Part shown: in pieces, positions 53,251-61,893 of the stretch
Layout of the letters: the number at the start of each line of letters is the position of its first letter
Numbering within the stretch: the stretch's first letter is position 1
Assembly: GCA_049602735.1 (NCBI GenBank)
Contig: JBMYRW010000001.1
Location: forward strand, 19,502 to 83,501
DNA length: 64,000 nucleotides
Direction of reading: 5' to 3'
DNA from: Thermoplasmatota archaeon
GTDB taxonomy: Archaea > Thermoplasmatota > E2 > JACPAO01 > JAHFTW01
Made by a program: the position numbers and the translations under genes
The notes under the pieces: model-generated
The model's database searches: none
Told to the model about the DNA's origin: nothing
Seen by the model: only the letters and a program-made list of their open reading frames with translations

Positions 53251-53841
53251 TTAATGGGCTCCGGCAGCGCCGCCACTGCCCCCGCCAGGGCCACCGGTGA
53301 GTCCTGTCGTACCTCCGCTGGCGGGGCCGACGTCCGCGAAGCCCTGTCGTTGGCCCGTGCCGGCGCGGCGCAGCAGCTCGTCGGGGCGCTCCAGGAGCCA
53401 GTAGGCGTTCACAGCGTGTTCGGCGACCCGGTTCTGAGTGATGGCGGCCAGTTCCGCATCATGTTCGGCCTCGTCCATGTGGACGAACACCTCCAGGACG
53501 TGGACGCCGGTGAGCAGCTGCGCCAGCATGATGCCTTGGCTCGCCTCATGGGCGCACTGCTTGTCGATCTCCTCCGGGCCCGGCATGCCGCAGGCGACCA
53601 CCACGTCGCAGCCGTCCAGGTCAATGAGCCGACGGGCGGCCACGCCCAGGTCCTTGAAGCCGGGCACCGTGCGGCGCAGCACGCGGTTGGGGGCGATGCC
53701 TTGGCCGTGCAGGGTGGCGACGGCGATGGCGCCCATGTCGATGGTGGAGAACGTGGTGTCCACGACGCCGTACCGGTACGCCTCGCCGTCGCGAGGGCCG
53801 TGGCCGACGCCAGGCGTGGGCCCCGCCGATGTAGGCATCAT
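53251..53841 (-). CDS. ribC: riboflavin synthase, archaeal type
   Basis: ATG at 53841 overlaps the ribL stop (ATGA). Motifs VVDTTFSTIDMG, VPGFKDLGVAARRL and CGMPGPEEIDKQCAHEASQG. Gly-rich C-terminal tail. Confidence 0.8.
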   Translation of the reverse strand: MMPTSAGPTPGVGHGPRDGEAYRYGVVDTTFSTIDMGAIAVATLHGQGIAPNRVLRRTVPGFKDLGVAARRLIDLDGCDVVVACGMPGPEEIDKQCAHEASQGIMLAQLLTGVHVLEVFVHMDEAEHDAELAAITQNRVAEHAVNAYWLLERPDELLRRAGTGQRQGFADVGPASGGTTGLTGGPGGGSGGAAGAH

Positions 53842-54275
53842 GCGGCGTCCTCCGGGTAGAGGCTCTTGGCGGCGGCGCGCTCGGCGATACGGGCCATGAT
53901 CTTGCGGCTGCCGTCGAGGTCTCCAACGAACTGCGGCAGGCGCACCACCTTGCACGAGATGCCGCGCTCGTCGAACTGGGCCTGCACGTCCTCCACTTGG
54001 TACGACTGGTCGAAGCCGAGGGCGAACAGGTCCGGCTGCATCTCCTCGACGATGCGGTAATAGTCGCCTCGATGGCCGAGCACGGCGTGGTCGACGGGCT
54101 TCAGGGCCTGGACCATATGGCGCCGGTGCTCCTCCGGCGTGATCGGCTGGTGCTTCTCCCGGGCCACGGACTCGTCGCGGGCGATGACGACGACCAGTTC
54201 GTCGCCCAGTTTCTTCGCCTCTTCGAGCATGTGGACGTGGCCGGGGTGCAGGAGATCGAAGACGCCCGTGGTCAT
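53838..54275 (-). CDS. ribL: FAD synthase, archaeal CTP-dependent (RibL)
   Basis: ATG at 54275 (MTTGVFDLLHPGHVHMLEEAKKLGDELVVVIARD) is a cytidylyltransferase HxGH motif. The start overlaps the ribB stop. Confidence 0.8.
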   Translation of the reverse strand: MTTGVFDLLHPGHVHMLEEAKKLGDELVVVIARDESVAREKHQPITPEEHRRHMVQALKPVDHAVLGHRGDYYRIVEEMQPDLFALGFDQSYQVEDVQAQFDERGISCKVVRLPQFVGDLDGSRKIMARIAERAAAKSLYPEDAA

Positions 54276-55018
54276 CACGCGGACGTGAGGGCGGGGGCCG
54301 CTACCGGCTGCTCGAAGGTCTTGCTCGCGTTCTGCCATGCGTCCAGGATGTCCTGACCCGTGAGGAACACGAGGTCGTGCCTGGCGGCGTAAGCCTCCGC
54401 GTCTTTTCTCGTTAGCGCCCGGCCGCTTACGGGGTCCATCATCTCACAGACCGTGGTCACGGCGGGCAGGCCGGCCATGCGGGCGAGTTCCAGGGACAGT
54501 TCCGTGTGGCCCTGCCGGGTGGCGAGGCCGCCGACGGCGCCGTTGAGCAGTTGCACGTGTCCGGGGGCACGGAAGCGGGCACCGAAGTCCGCCACCTCGA
54601 CCTTGCCGGCCGCCAGCTCAGTGGCGAAGGCGGCCAACGCCGTGATCGTCAGGCTGCGGTCCTCGTCCGTGATGCCGGTGAAGGTGTCCCGGTGGTTGAT
54701 CGTCACGCCGAAGCTGCTCTTGGACGGGTCGTACCGGATGTCGTCCGGGGTCGTGCCGGCCAGGACCGGGTGGTCGCGGGCGGCATCGGCCAGCAGGTCG
54801 GCAGCGAACGGCAGCCCGAGCGCCTGGTGGATCTCGGGGCCGATGGCGGTGCAGACGAGGCCGCCGGCATCCATGCGCATGGTGCGCACCACGTCGGGGC
54901 TGACGTGGGGCCCGGCGGCGACGATGTCGACCTCTTCTTCGCGGCCGTCGGCGTCGTACACGAGCACGATGCGGCCCTCCTGGAGGGCGCGGAGGGCGGC
55001 CTGGACGTTCGGGTTCAC
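54275..55018 (-). CDS. ribB: 3,4-dihydroxy-2-butanone-4-phosphate synthase
   Basis: LVYDADGREEEVDIV, RMDAGGLVCTA, GHTELSLELARMAGL. Confidence 0.9.
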   Translation of the reverse strand: MNPNVQAALRALQEGRIVLVYDADGREEEVDIVAAGPHVSPDVVRTMRMDAGGLVCTAIGPEIHQALGLPFAADLLADAARDHPVLAGTTPDDIRYDPSKSSFGVTINHRDTFTGITDEDRSLTITALAAFATELAAGKVEVADFGARFRAPGHVQLLNGAVGGLATRQGHTELSLELARMAGLPAVTTVCEMMDPVSGRALTRKDAEAYAARHDLVFLTGQDILDAWQNASKTFEQPVAAPALTSA

Positions 55019-55146
55019 AACCGACCCACCCGCTGGTGGTTCATCAAGGATGAGTTGCCACCCACAATCGGGTTAGTGGGGTCTGAAAATCGAGGAAAGG
55101 AAGGAGAAAGGCTTGCCCGCGGCCCGCAGGCAGGTACGCGTCGGGC

Positions 55147-55410
55147 CTAAGCGGCCACGGTCGCTTCGGCGTCAGCGTCGACGTCGGCGATGGGCTCGGC
55201 GTCGTCGGCCTCGACGGTCGCCGCTTCCCAGTTCTTGCGGTAGGTCGTCACGTAGCCGGCGATGCGGTTGCGGAACGTGGTGGAGCTGACGTCGGCCAAC
55301 TCGTCGACCTTCTTCTTGTTGTGATCGAAGTCGTCGCTGAACTCCTCGTTGTGCTTGCGCACGAGTTCGATGGCGATGCGCTTGATGTACGTCGGACGGA
55401 TGTTACCCAT
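55147..55410 (-). CDS. rps17e: 30S ribosomal protein S17e
   Basis: MGNIRPTYIKRIAIELVRKHNEEFSDDFDHNKK...RNRIAGYVT. Confidence 0.9.
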   Translation of the reverse strand: MGNIRPTYIKRIAIELVRKHNEEFSDDFDHNKKKVDELADVSSTTFRNRIAGYVTTYRKNWEAATVEADDAEPIADVDADAEATVAA

Positions 55411-55483
55411 GGATGCACCTCCCCTTATCGGGGCCGCGAGTGGCCGGCCAGGACCGGACCCCGTATAAGAGGGTGATGGGGAC

Positions 55484-57073
55484 TCAGGTGGTCAGGCGGT
55501 GGCGGCGCCGAGCGGCCGCGATGGCCACCAAGATGGCGCCCGCACCGATGGGTGTTGCCGGCATCGCGGCCTCATCGTCTTCGGAATCGGTTGCGCTGTG
55601 CGCTTCTTGCGAGCGATCATCTAGCCACTCCGTTGAAAGATCGTCCTGAACTATCTTGTCAGGCGGGCCGGATTGGGGAGGGAACAATGCGCCGTTGGCC
55701 CCTGCCCCGCCTGATGTCGCGGTCGCACTACCGCCGTTGCCGCCAAACATGCCGAATGCGCCGTCTCCTCCAATTCCGTCGGCGCCACCGCCTTGGCCGC
55801 CGAGGCCTGGGCTTCCAGACGCGTGTCCCCCGGAGCCTCCCCGGCCCGATTGAGCTTCCGCCGAGCCCCCGGAGCCGCCTTGGCCACCAGGGGACAGATC
55901 CCCGAACCCGGCGGTCGCATAGGCGGCGCCGCCCGAACCGCCGTTGCCCCCGAGTCCGCCTACGACGGTGGCATTACCGCCGTATCCAGCATTGTGGGCA
56001 CGCGCGTCGGCCCAACCGCCATCACCGCCTCGAATTGCACCGATTCCACCGCGGCCACCTGTTGCATCAGCGTCGCCTGAATCGCCGCCATTGCCCGCCT
56101 TTGGCGCTTCGCCAAGGCCCTCCACCCAGAAGATCGACGCGCCGTAGCCCCCCGCGCCGCCGGTGGCGTTGGCGTAGCCACCCCCACCGCCGTTGAGGCC
56201 GGGCCCGCCGTCGCCACCGATGGCCGTTGCCCAGCCGCCGTGGCCGCCATCCCGCTTCTGGTCGCTGGCCTGGTGGAAGTAACCAGGGTTGCCGGCTGAA
56301 GCGATGGCATCGGCGTTGCCGCCCAGCCCACCCCAGGTCGTTCCTACGGCGCCCTGCCCACCGATGGCCGTTGCATTACCGCCATGGGCACCGGACCCAC
56401 GGGCGCCGCCAGTAGCCAGGCCTGCGTTGCCTCCGTTGGGATCAACGACCGCGGTGCCGTTTTCGCCCCGGGCCGTCCCATCCTGGGGCCCGCTCGCCGC
56501 ACGGGCATCGCCGCCGGATCCGCCGATGCCACCCAGCAGGTCCCAATCGCGGGGGTCCACCGCCTGCCCGTCCACCAGCAGAGCCCCGGCCAGTCCACCG
56601 TCGCCGGCCTGCGCCCAAGCATCCGTACCCGCGCAGGCGAGCGCGACCGCATCGCCGCCACGGCCGCCGTTGCCCAGGTGAAGCGGCCCGTCGATCACCA
56701 ATCGTTCGACGTGGAGGTCGATGCCCCAGCCATCCTCCCCTGACATGCCCATGGCCTCGGCCGTTTCATGGCAGGCGCGCATCGTCTGGGCTTGGCCGGG
56801 CGCGCCATCCGGCAGACGAAGGAGCCCCCCCGGTCGGATATGAAGCAGCTCGCCCGTGATCTGAAGCAGCTTGGGGCCTTCGCAGTCCTCGAGGGGGCGC
56901 AGCTCGACCCTTTGGACCACAACCAGGCTGCCCACATCCAAGGGTCGGTCGCAGTCGAACACCCATGTCTGGAGTGTCGCAGCGTCGGCCGCGGGCGGTG
57001 CCGTCGTCGGGAACGCCGAGACCCCTCCCGAGATCAGAAGCAGGCTTGCCAACAGGGTTGCACCACGGACCAC
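55484..57073 (-). CDS. secreted glycine-repeat (PGRS-like) protein with C-terminal hydrophobic anchor
   Basis: GTG at 57073 gives the signal peptide VVRGATLLASLLLISGGVSA. About 330 aa consist of GGxAxAxGGxGG-type repeats. The C-terminus is PATPIGAGAILVAIAAARRRH. The upstream part of the listed 677-aa ORF is antisense to crcB. Confidence 0.6.
   Translation of the reverse strand: MVRGATLLASLLLISGGVSAFPTTAPPAADAATLQTWVFDCDRPLDVGSLVVVQRVELRPLEDCEGPKLLQITGELLHIRPGGLLRLPDGAPGQAQTMRACHETAEAMGMSGEDGWGIDLHVERLVIDGPLHLGNGGRGGDAVALACAGTDAWAQAGDGGLAGALLVDGQAVDPRDWDLLGGIGGSGGDARAASGPQDGTARGENGTAVVDPNGGNAGLATGGARGSGAHGGNATAIGGQGAVGTTWGGLGGNADAIASAGNPGYFHQASDQKRDGGHGGWATAIGGDGGPGLNGGGGGYANATGGAGGYGASIFWVEGLGEAPKAGNGGDSGDADATGGRGGIGAIRGGDGGWADARAHNAGYGGNATVVGGLGGNGGSGGAAYATAGFGDLSPGGQGGSGGSAEAQSGRGGSGGHASGSPGLGGQGGGADGIGGDGAFGMFGGNGGSATATSGGAGANGALFPPQSGPPDKIVQDDLSTEWLDDRSQEAHSATDSEDDEAAMPATPIGAGAILVAIAAARRRHRLTT
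55688..56677 (-). repeat. coding-level degenerate tandem repeats (~12-residue Gly-rich unit)
   Basis: Repeated units include GGNATAIGGQGA, GGNADAIASAGN, GGWATAIGGDGG, GGYANATGGAGG, GGWADARAHNAG, GGNATVVGGLGG, GGSAEAQSGRGG, GGGADGIGGDGA and GGSATATSGGAG. Confidence 0.6.
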
Positions 57074-57182
57074 GCCGCCCAAGCGGAAATCGACGATATA
57101 AGGCGGCTGGGCCGCAGGCTTGACTGTCGATGGATGCGGGGCCGCCTCGGTAACGCTTTGCCAGTCACGCGCTTGCAAGGCC

Positions 57183-57569
57183 GTGGACGCCCGCCAGGCA
57201 GCCGCCGTCGCCCTCGGTGGCGCCCTGGGAGCCTTGGCCCGATACGCCCTGGGGCACTGGGCGACCGGCCCCGCCCGTGACGGCGCGTTGCCGTTCCCGT
57301 GGATGACCCTTGCCATCAACCTGGTGGGCAGCTTCGCCCTCGGGTGGCTGCTCCTGGGCGGCGCGGGCGACGACTGGAGCGCGGCGGCGAAGGCCGGCTT
57401 CGCCACCGGGTTCCTAGGGGCCTTCACCACCCTGTCCACGTTCAGTGTCGAGACGACAAGCCTCTGGCAGGCCGGCCAACGGGCCGCAGCGGCGGGGTAC
57501 GTGGCGGCGACGACCATCGGTGGGCCGCTGGTGGCTTGGCTCGGCGGCCGCCTCGGGTCTGCCCTTTGA
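57183..57569 (+). CDS. crcB: fluoride ion channel CrcB/FluC
   Basis: GGALGALARY, INLVGSFALG and GFLGAFTTLSTFS motifs. The start (GTG 57183) is uncertain; the listed ORF begins at TTG 57120. Confidence 0.85.
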   Translation: MDARQAAAVALGGALGALARYALGHWATGPARDGALPFPWMTLAINLVGSFALGWLLLGGAGDDWSAAAKAGFATGFLGAFTTLSTFSVETTSLWQAGQRAAAAGYVAATTIGGPLVAWLGGRLGSAL

Positions 57570-57666
57570 CCGTTCTTTCACATGAATCAAAACGTCGCTT
57601 CACGCTTTGATTGGCGTGAAAGATTCGTTATATGATACGGCGGCGACGTGGGCATCGGTGACCCAA

Positions 57667-58407
57667 ATGGGAACCAAGCACAACCTGAAGGCCCTGCCCA
57701 TGACCGCCGTCGTCAGCCTCGCTCTCGTGGCACTCTCCGGCTGCACCGACGACGCTACGACCGACGGCAACGCTGCCCCTGTAGCGGCCTTGCACGTACC
57801 CGAAGACACTGCGTGGACCGATGAAGCACTCGTGTTCGACGCACAGGCCGCCACCGACCCTGACGGCGACGTGACGCGCTGGACGTTCGACTTCGGTGAC
57901 GGCAAGACCATGCAGGTGGACAACGCCGACGAGGCCCGCGTGGAGCACGCCTACGACCAGGGTGGCGAATACACCGTCACCGTGACCGTCGCGGATGACG
58001 GTGGCGAGAACGGCCCCACCCTGACCGATGCCGCCACGCACACCGTGGCCATCAACGAGCGCCATGTCCTGCCCTCGGAGGCGCTGTACGCGCTGCCTGC
58101 GGGCAACCAGAGCAGCACGTCCACGACGGAGTTCGCTACGCGGACCGGCATCGACGGCTTCCGCCTTGAACTGGACATCGAAGGTGCCACCCTGACCGGC
58201 ACGTCCGAGATCGTCGTGCGGCTGACCGGCCCCGGCGGCGTCGTCGTGCAGGAGCAGGTCGTCGAGGTCGATGCCGGTGAGACGGAAGAACTGCGTCTCG
58301 ACGGCGACCTGGACATCGTCGGCGACCACGCCGTCGAACTGGAGGCCAACAGCGGTGCCACCCTGGTGAGCGGCCAGCTGCTCCTCTACTACGACCAGGG
58401 CTTCTAA
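57667..58407 (+). CDS. secreted lipoprotein with PKD domain
   Basis: ATG at 57667: MGTKHNLKALPMTAVVSLALVALSGCTDD (lipobox). The PKD pattern is FDAQAATDPDGDVTRWTFDFGDGK...HAYDQGGEYTVTVTVADDGG. Confidence 0.7.
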   Translation: MGTKHNLKALPMTAVVSLALVALSGCTDDATTDGNAAPVAALHVPEDTAWTDEALVFDAQAATDPDGDVTRWTFDFGDGKTMQVDNADEARVEHAYDQGGEYTVTVTVADDGGENGPTLTDAATHTVAINERHVLPSEALYALPAGNQSSTSTTEFATRTGIDGFRLELDIEGATLTGTSEIVVRLTGPGGVVVQEQVVEVDAGETEELRLDGDLDIVGDHAVELEANSGATLVSGQLLLYYDQGF

Positions 58408-59018
58408 GGAAGCGCCTGCGGCTCCTCCACCTCTTCCTCCCCTCCGTCCCTTTCCTCCCCCTCTTCTTCGTCTTCTGCGTCGGCCCCTGCCCGGAGGTCC
58501 AGTGCGTCCCAGGTGTCCAGGAACTCGTTGACCAGGCTCTTGGGCGGCCTGTGACGACCGAGCAACCCGATCACGGCGTCCGCGTCGCATAGACGGACCA
58601 TCTTCCGGCGCCCGTCGGGCCGCGTGGCCACCACGCCGGCCTTCTCCAGCCGCTTCAGGTGATGGGTCAAGGTGCCCGGTGTCACCCCGACGGCCTCCGC
58701 CAAGGCGCCCGCCGAGCGCTCCCCCTCCGCCGCCAGCGTCAAGGCCACGCCGAAGGGGACCGGGCGTCGTAGCAGACCCAGCCAACGCCGCTCCTGGCGG
58801 CTCGGTGCCGCCTCCTTGCCCGTCGGCCAGAACCGCCAGTAGCCGTCCTCCCGCGTGGACGCGACCAATTCATGCCGTTCCAGGTACCGCAGATGGTACT
58901 TGGCATGGTTCGTCTCCAGGCGGGCCCTCCGAGAGACCTCGCGCAGGTGCAGGCCCGGATACTGATGCACCACCTCGTACAACCGGCGGCGCACGTCGAG
59001 TTCGAGGGCCTCCGTCAT
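58404..59018 (-). CDS. tandem winged-helix (ArsR-like) transcriptional regulator with acidic tail
   Basis: Two wHTH-like units (LYEVVHQYPGLHLREVSRRARLETNHAKYHLRYLERHELV; SAGALAEAVGVTPGTLTHHLKRLEKAGVV) and a Glu/Asp-rich C-terminus. Confidence 0.65.
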   Translation of the reverse strand: MTEALELDVRRRLYEVVHQYPGLHLREVSRRARLETNHAKYHLRYLERHELVASTREDGYWRFWPTGKEAAPSRQERRWLGLLRRPVPFGVALTLAAEGERSAGALAEAVGVTPGTLTHHLKRLEKAGVVATRPDGRRKMVRLCDADAVIGLLGRHRPPKSLVNEFLDTWDALDLRAGADAEDEEEGEERDGGEEEVEEPQALP

Positions 59019-59290
59019 GGCCGCGCCGGCCTCACGACGGCCGCGTAGAACGCCGTGAGGACCCCGAGGTCGAAGAGCACCATAGGCAGGAGCAGGTCGT
59101 CCGCCCAGGCCGCCGACGTGAACAGGCTGCCCGTGAGCACCGCGCCCTTGAGCAGGAACAGGCTGAACCCGACGGCCAAGAGCAGCACCTTGGGGCTACG
59201 GCGCTGGGTCCACGCCAGCCAAGCCAACGCGGTCAGCGCAGCGGCCACCACCAGCAAGGCCCCGACGGCCAGGTTGGTCCCAAGGCTCAT
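59015..59290 (-). CDS. hypothetical small membrane protein (3 TM)
   Basis: 91 aa with three hydrophobic helices. Both its start and stop overlap neighbouring genes by 4 nt. Confidence 0.5.
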   Translation of the reverse strand: MSLGTNLAVGALLVVAAALTALAWLAWTQRRSPKVLLLAVGFSLFLLKGAVLTGSLFTSAAWADDLLLPMVLFDLGVLTAFYAAVVRPARP

Positions 59291-60231
59291 GCGGACCTCC
59301 GCAGACGCGCCACCAACAGGAGCACCGTGGCAAGGGCGCCGCCGGCCAGCAGCGTCGGCCAGTTCCCTTGGACCTCGTCCCGGATGACCTCCAGCGGACC
59401 TGCGCCCACCGGGCGGACGGCGCCCATCTGCAGGTCGTGCCGTACCACCTCAGCCGCGGGGTAACTGATCCAGACCACCGCCTGGGCCCCTGCGGCATCT
59501 TCACCATCGTAGGCGACGCGGGTGTCGTGGACGGCCTCCGAGCGACCTCCCGTGCCGGCCAGGCCGCTCCAGGCGAGGTAAGTGGCCGCGTCGGTTCCTT
59601 GCTGGACCAGCGCCCGCTCAAGCAGCTCAGGACGACCATCCACTCGCAGCTCCAGGGCCAACCTTGTGCGGTTGCCGGCCTCGGGCGCCGCGAACCGTTC
59701 GATGCGCAGGTCGAGGTTCACCGAGGCGGTCGCCAGGTCCGGGTCATTGATCGCCACCTCCGCCAGAAGGGCGCTCCAGGTGATCCTCCCTCCGTCGGGA
59801 AGGGAGCGTTGGGCCACCAGGAGGTGCCGGCCTGGTTCCGGTTCTGTGTGCGTCGGCCGCAGCCCCGTGGCCGCCGCGAGGTCCACGCGTCGCAGGATCG
59901 GGTCCCCGAGGCTGATGCGTCCATCCTCGTCCAGGTCGTCGTAGGCCACCAGCGATGCAGGGTGCAGCCACAGGGGCGGGCTGCCGGGCGCCGCGAGGCC
60001 GATGGAGCCGTTGCCCACCGCGTACTGGAACGTCAGCCGTTCGCCTTGCGGGTCCAGCCGTTCGACGGTGTAGCCTGCGGCATCCAGGGTCACGGTGACG
60101 GAACGTGGAGCATCCGCCCAGTCCTCTTCATGCTCCATCGGCGGCTCCAGCGCGTGGGCGCCGGGTGCCGCCAGGGCTCCCAGGACGACCAGCAGGGCCA
60201 GCACGGGCATCGGGTGGGGCGGGTGGAACAT
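59287..60231 (-). CDS. hypothetical secreted protein with C-terminal TM anchor
   Basis: Signal peptide PVLALLVVLGALAAPGAHA. C-terminal WPTLLAGGALATVLLLVARLRR. No family recognised. Confidence 0.5.
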   Translation of the reverse strand: MFHPPHPMPVLALLVVLGALAAPGAHALEPPMEHEEDWADAPRSVTVTLDAAGYTVERLDPQGERLTFQYAVGNGSIGLAAPGSPPLWLHPASLVAYDDLDEDGRISLGDPILRRVDLAAATGLRPTHTEPEPGRHLLVAQRSLPDGGRITWSALLAEVAINDPDLATASVNLDLRIERFAAPEAGNRTRLALELRVDGRPELLERALVQQGTDAATYLAWSGLAGTGGRSEAVHDTRVAYDGEDAAGAQAVVWISYPAAEVVRHDLQMGAVRPVGAGPLEVIRDEVQGNWPTLLAGGALATVLLLVARLRRSA

Positions 60232-60278
60232 GCCACCCCATCGAGGCGGCGCCGTTAGGCTTGCGGCCCGGGACGCCT

Positions 60279-61850
60279 TCAGAACAGCTTGGCCTGGCCG
60301 CCGGCGGGCTTGGGCCGCTTCGGCTTCTCCGGTTCGGGCTCAGGCTCCGGTTCAGGCTTGGCCTCGGCGGGCTTGGCCTCGGACCTGGCCGGCTTGGGCT
60401 CCGACGCGCGCGCCAGCGGCCCGTCCAGGGGTCCTCGTCGCACCGCGGCGCCCTTGGCCGCCTCCGCCTCGATCGCTTGGAGCTCCTTCACCTTCTCGCG
60501 GATCTCCTTGACGGCCTTGTCCTTGGCCCCGGCGCCCAACAAGTGGGCCACCTGGTCGTCCGTCAGGTCCCATTCATGGGTGCGGTGGGCCGCGAACTCC
60601 GGGTCGGACGCGAAGAGCGCCTCGACCGCCTGGAGCGTGCCGTCACGGACCTTGCGCTGGGAGGCATGGGTGCCCTTGCCGATGGCGCCTGCGAGGGCCG
60701 CCTGGGCCTGCCGCCTGCCGCGGCTGCGGCTCATCTTCATCAGGTACTGGGGGAAGCCGAACGGCTGGAATCCGCCGCCGCGCTGGGGGCGCTCCTCCAC
60801 CACGCGGGCCGCCTGCACGCCCACCGTGGCCAGTTCGCCGGCGTAGCTCCAGAGGCCGAAGTATTGGCGTCGGCGGGTGCGGCCCAGGAACACATCGGCG
60901 CGGCTGAGGCTCTCGTACGCCGCCACAAGGTTGCGGGGGTGCCGGTACGCCTTGGGGATGTTCTCGTCGATCCAGAGGGCGATGTCCTCTGGCGTGATGT
61001 CGACGTTGCGGGCCTCCCGTCGCACGGCGTCCATGTCGTGCCCCTTGAGCACGTGCTTGACCAGGTCGAACGGGGTCCCCGTCGCGTCGCGGAAGCCCAG
61101 GCTTCCCAGGTCGGCGGACGAGACATGGCCCCGGCCAGCAGCAAGAGACTGAAGATCGCGGACGGCCGCGCGCAGGTCGCCGCCCGCCCGCGCCGCGATC
61201 GTCTCCAGGACGTCCCGGTCCACCTTGATGCCCTCCTTGCGGGCCACGCCGTCGAGCGCCTTCGGGATGGAACGGACGTTGACGCGGTTGAACTTCACCG
61301 TGGCCGCCAGGGTGCGCAGCGCCGCGCCGCTGCCCTTCTGGAGGGCGTAGAGGTCGTTGACGATGAGGACGATCGGCTGCTGCGTGCGGCGGATCGTGTC
61401 GAGGATCGCGGCCTTGCCGCCCCGGTCGGACAGGTCCTCGTCGCCGCTACCGGAGCCGCCTGCCGCGTTCTCGCCGGAGAGCCGCTCCGTCAGGTTGTCC
61501 GCCTCGTCGAGCACGATCAGCTTGCGCCCCGCGTCGGTGCCGACCGCGTGGAAGCTGCCGTCGTCATTGAACGTCTGATGCAGCGCCCCGGCCGTCGCCA
61601 CGCGTTTGATGGCCGTCGCGTTGCGGGCGTCACTGGCGTTGAGCTCCACCACCTGCCAGCCCATGTCGGCCGCCAGCGCGAGGGCGGCGCTGGTCTTGCC
61701 CACACCAGGAGGGCCGGCCAGGATGAGCGCCCGTTGTTTCGGGATGCCGCCGACCCAGGACTGGGCCCATTCGCCGAGCTGGCGCACCGCGGGGCCGTTG
61801 CCCACGATCTCCTTCAGGCTCGTCGGGCGGTGGCGCTCGGTCCAGTCCAC
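60279..61850 (-). CDS. rfcL: replication factor C large subunit
   Basis: MDWTERHRPTSLKEIVGN, Walker A GPPGVGKTS, DEADN (Walker B), SRC-like region, and a basic Lys/Glu/Pro-rich C-terminal tail. Confidence 0.9.
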   Translation of the reverse strand: MDWTERHRPTSLKEIVGNGPAVRQLGEWAQSWVGGIPKQRALILAGPPGVGKTSAALALAADMGWQVVELNASDARNATAIKRVATAGALHQTFNDDGSFHAVGTDAGRKLIVLDEADNLTERLSGENAAGGSGSGDEDLSDRGGKAAILDTIRRTQQPIVLIVNDLYALQKGSGAALRTLAATVKFNRVNVRSIPKALDGVARKEGIKVDRDVLETIAARAGGDLRAAVRDLQSLAAGRGHVSSADLGSLGFRDATGTPFDLVKHVLKGHDMDAVRREARNVDITPEDIALWIDENIPKAYRHPRNLVAAYESLSRADVFLGRTRRRQYFGLWSYAGELATVGVQAARVVEERPQRGGGFQPFGFPQYLMKMSRSRGRRQAQAALAGAIGKGTHASQRKVRDGTLQAVEALFASDPEFAAHRTHEWDLTDDQVAHLLGAGAKDKAVKEIREKVKELQAIEAEAAKGAAVRRGPLDGPLARASEPKPARSEAKPAEAKPEPEPEPEPEKPKRPKPAGGQAKLF

Positions 61851-61893
61851 GAGGCGGCGAGCCCGGGCCCGGTCAAGAGGCTTCAGGCCGAGG

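Noticed and set aside
57074-57182. Fluoride (crcB-motif) riboswitch upstream of crcB
   Set aside because: I saw only a loose resemblance (GATGG...CCGCC in ctgtcGATGGatgcggggCCGCCtcgg). The conserved 3' elements of the motif are not visible. Part of the region may be coding if crcB starts at TTG 57120. A covariance-model scan would be needed.
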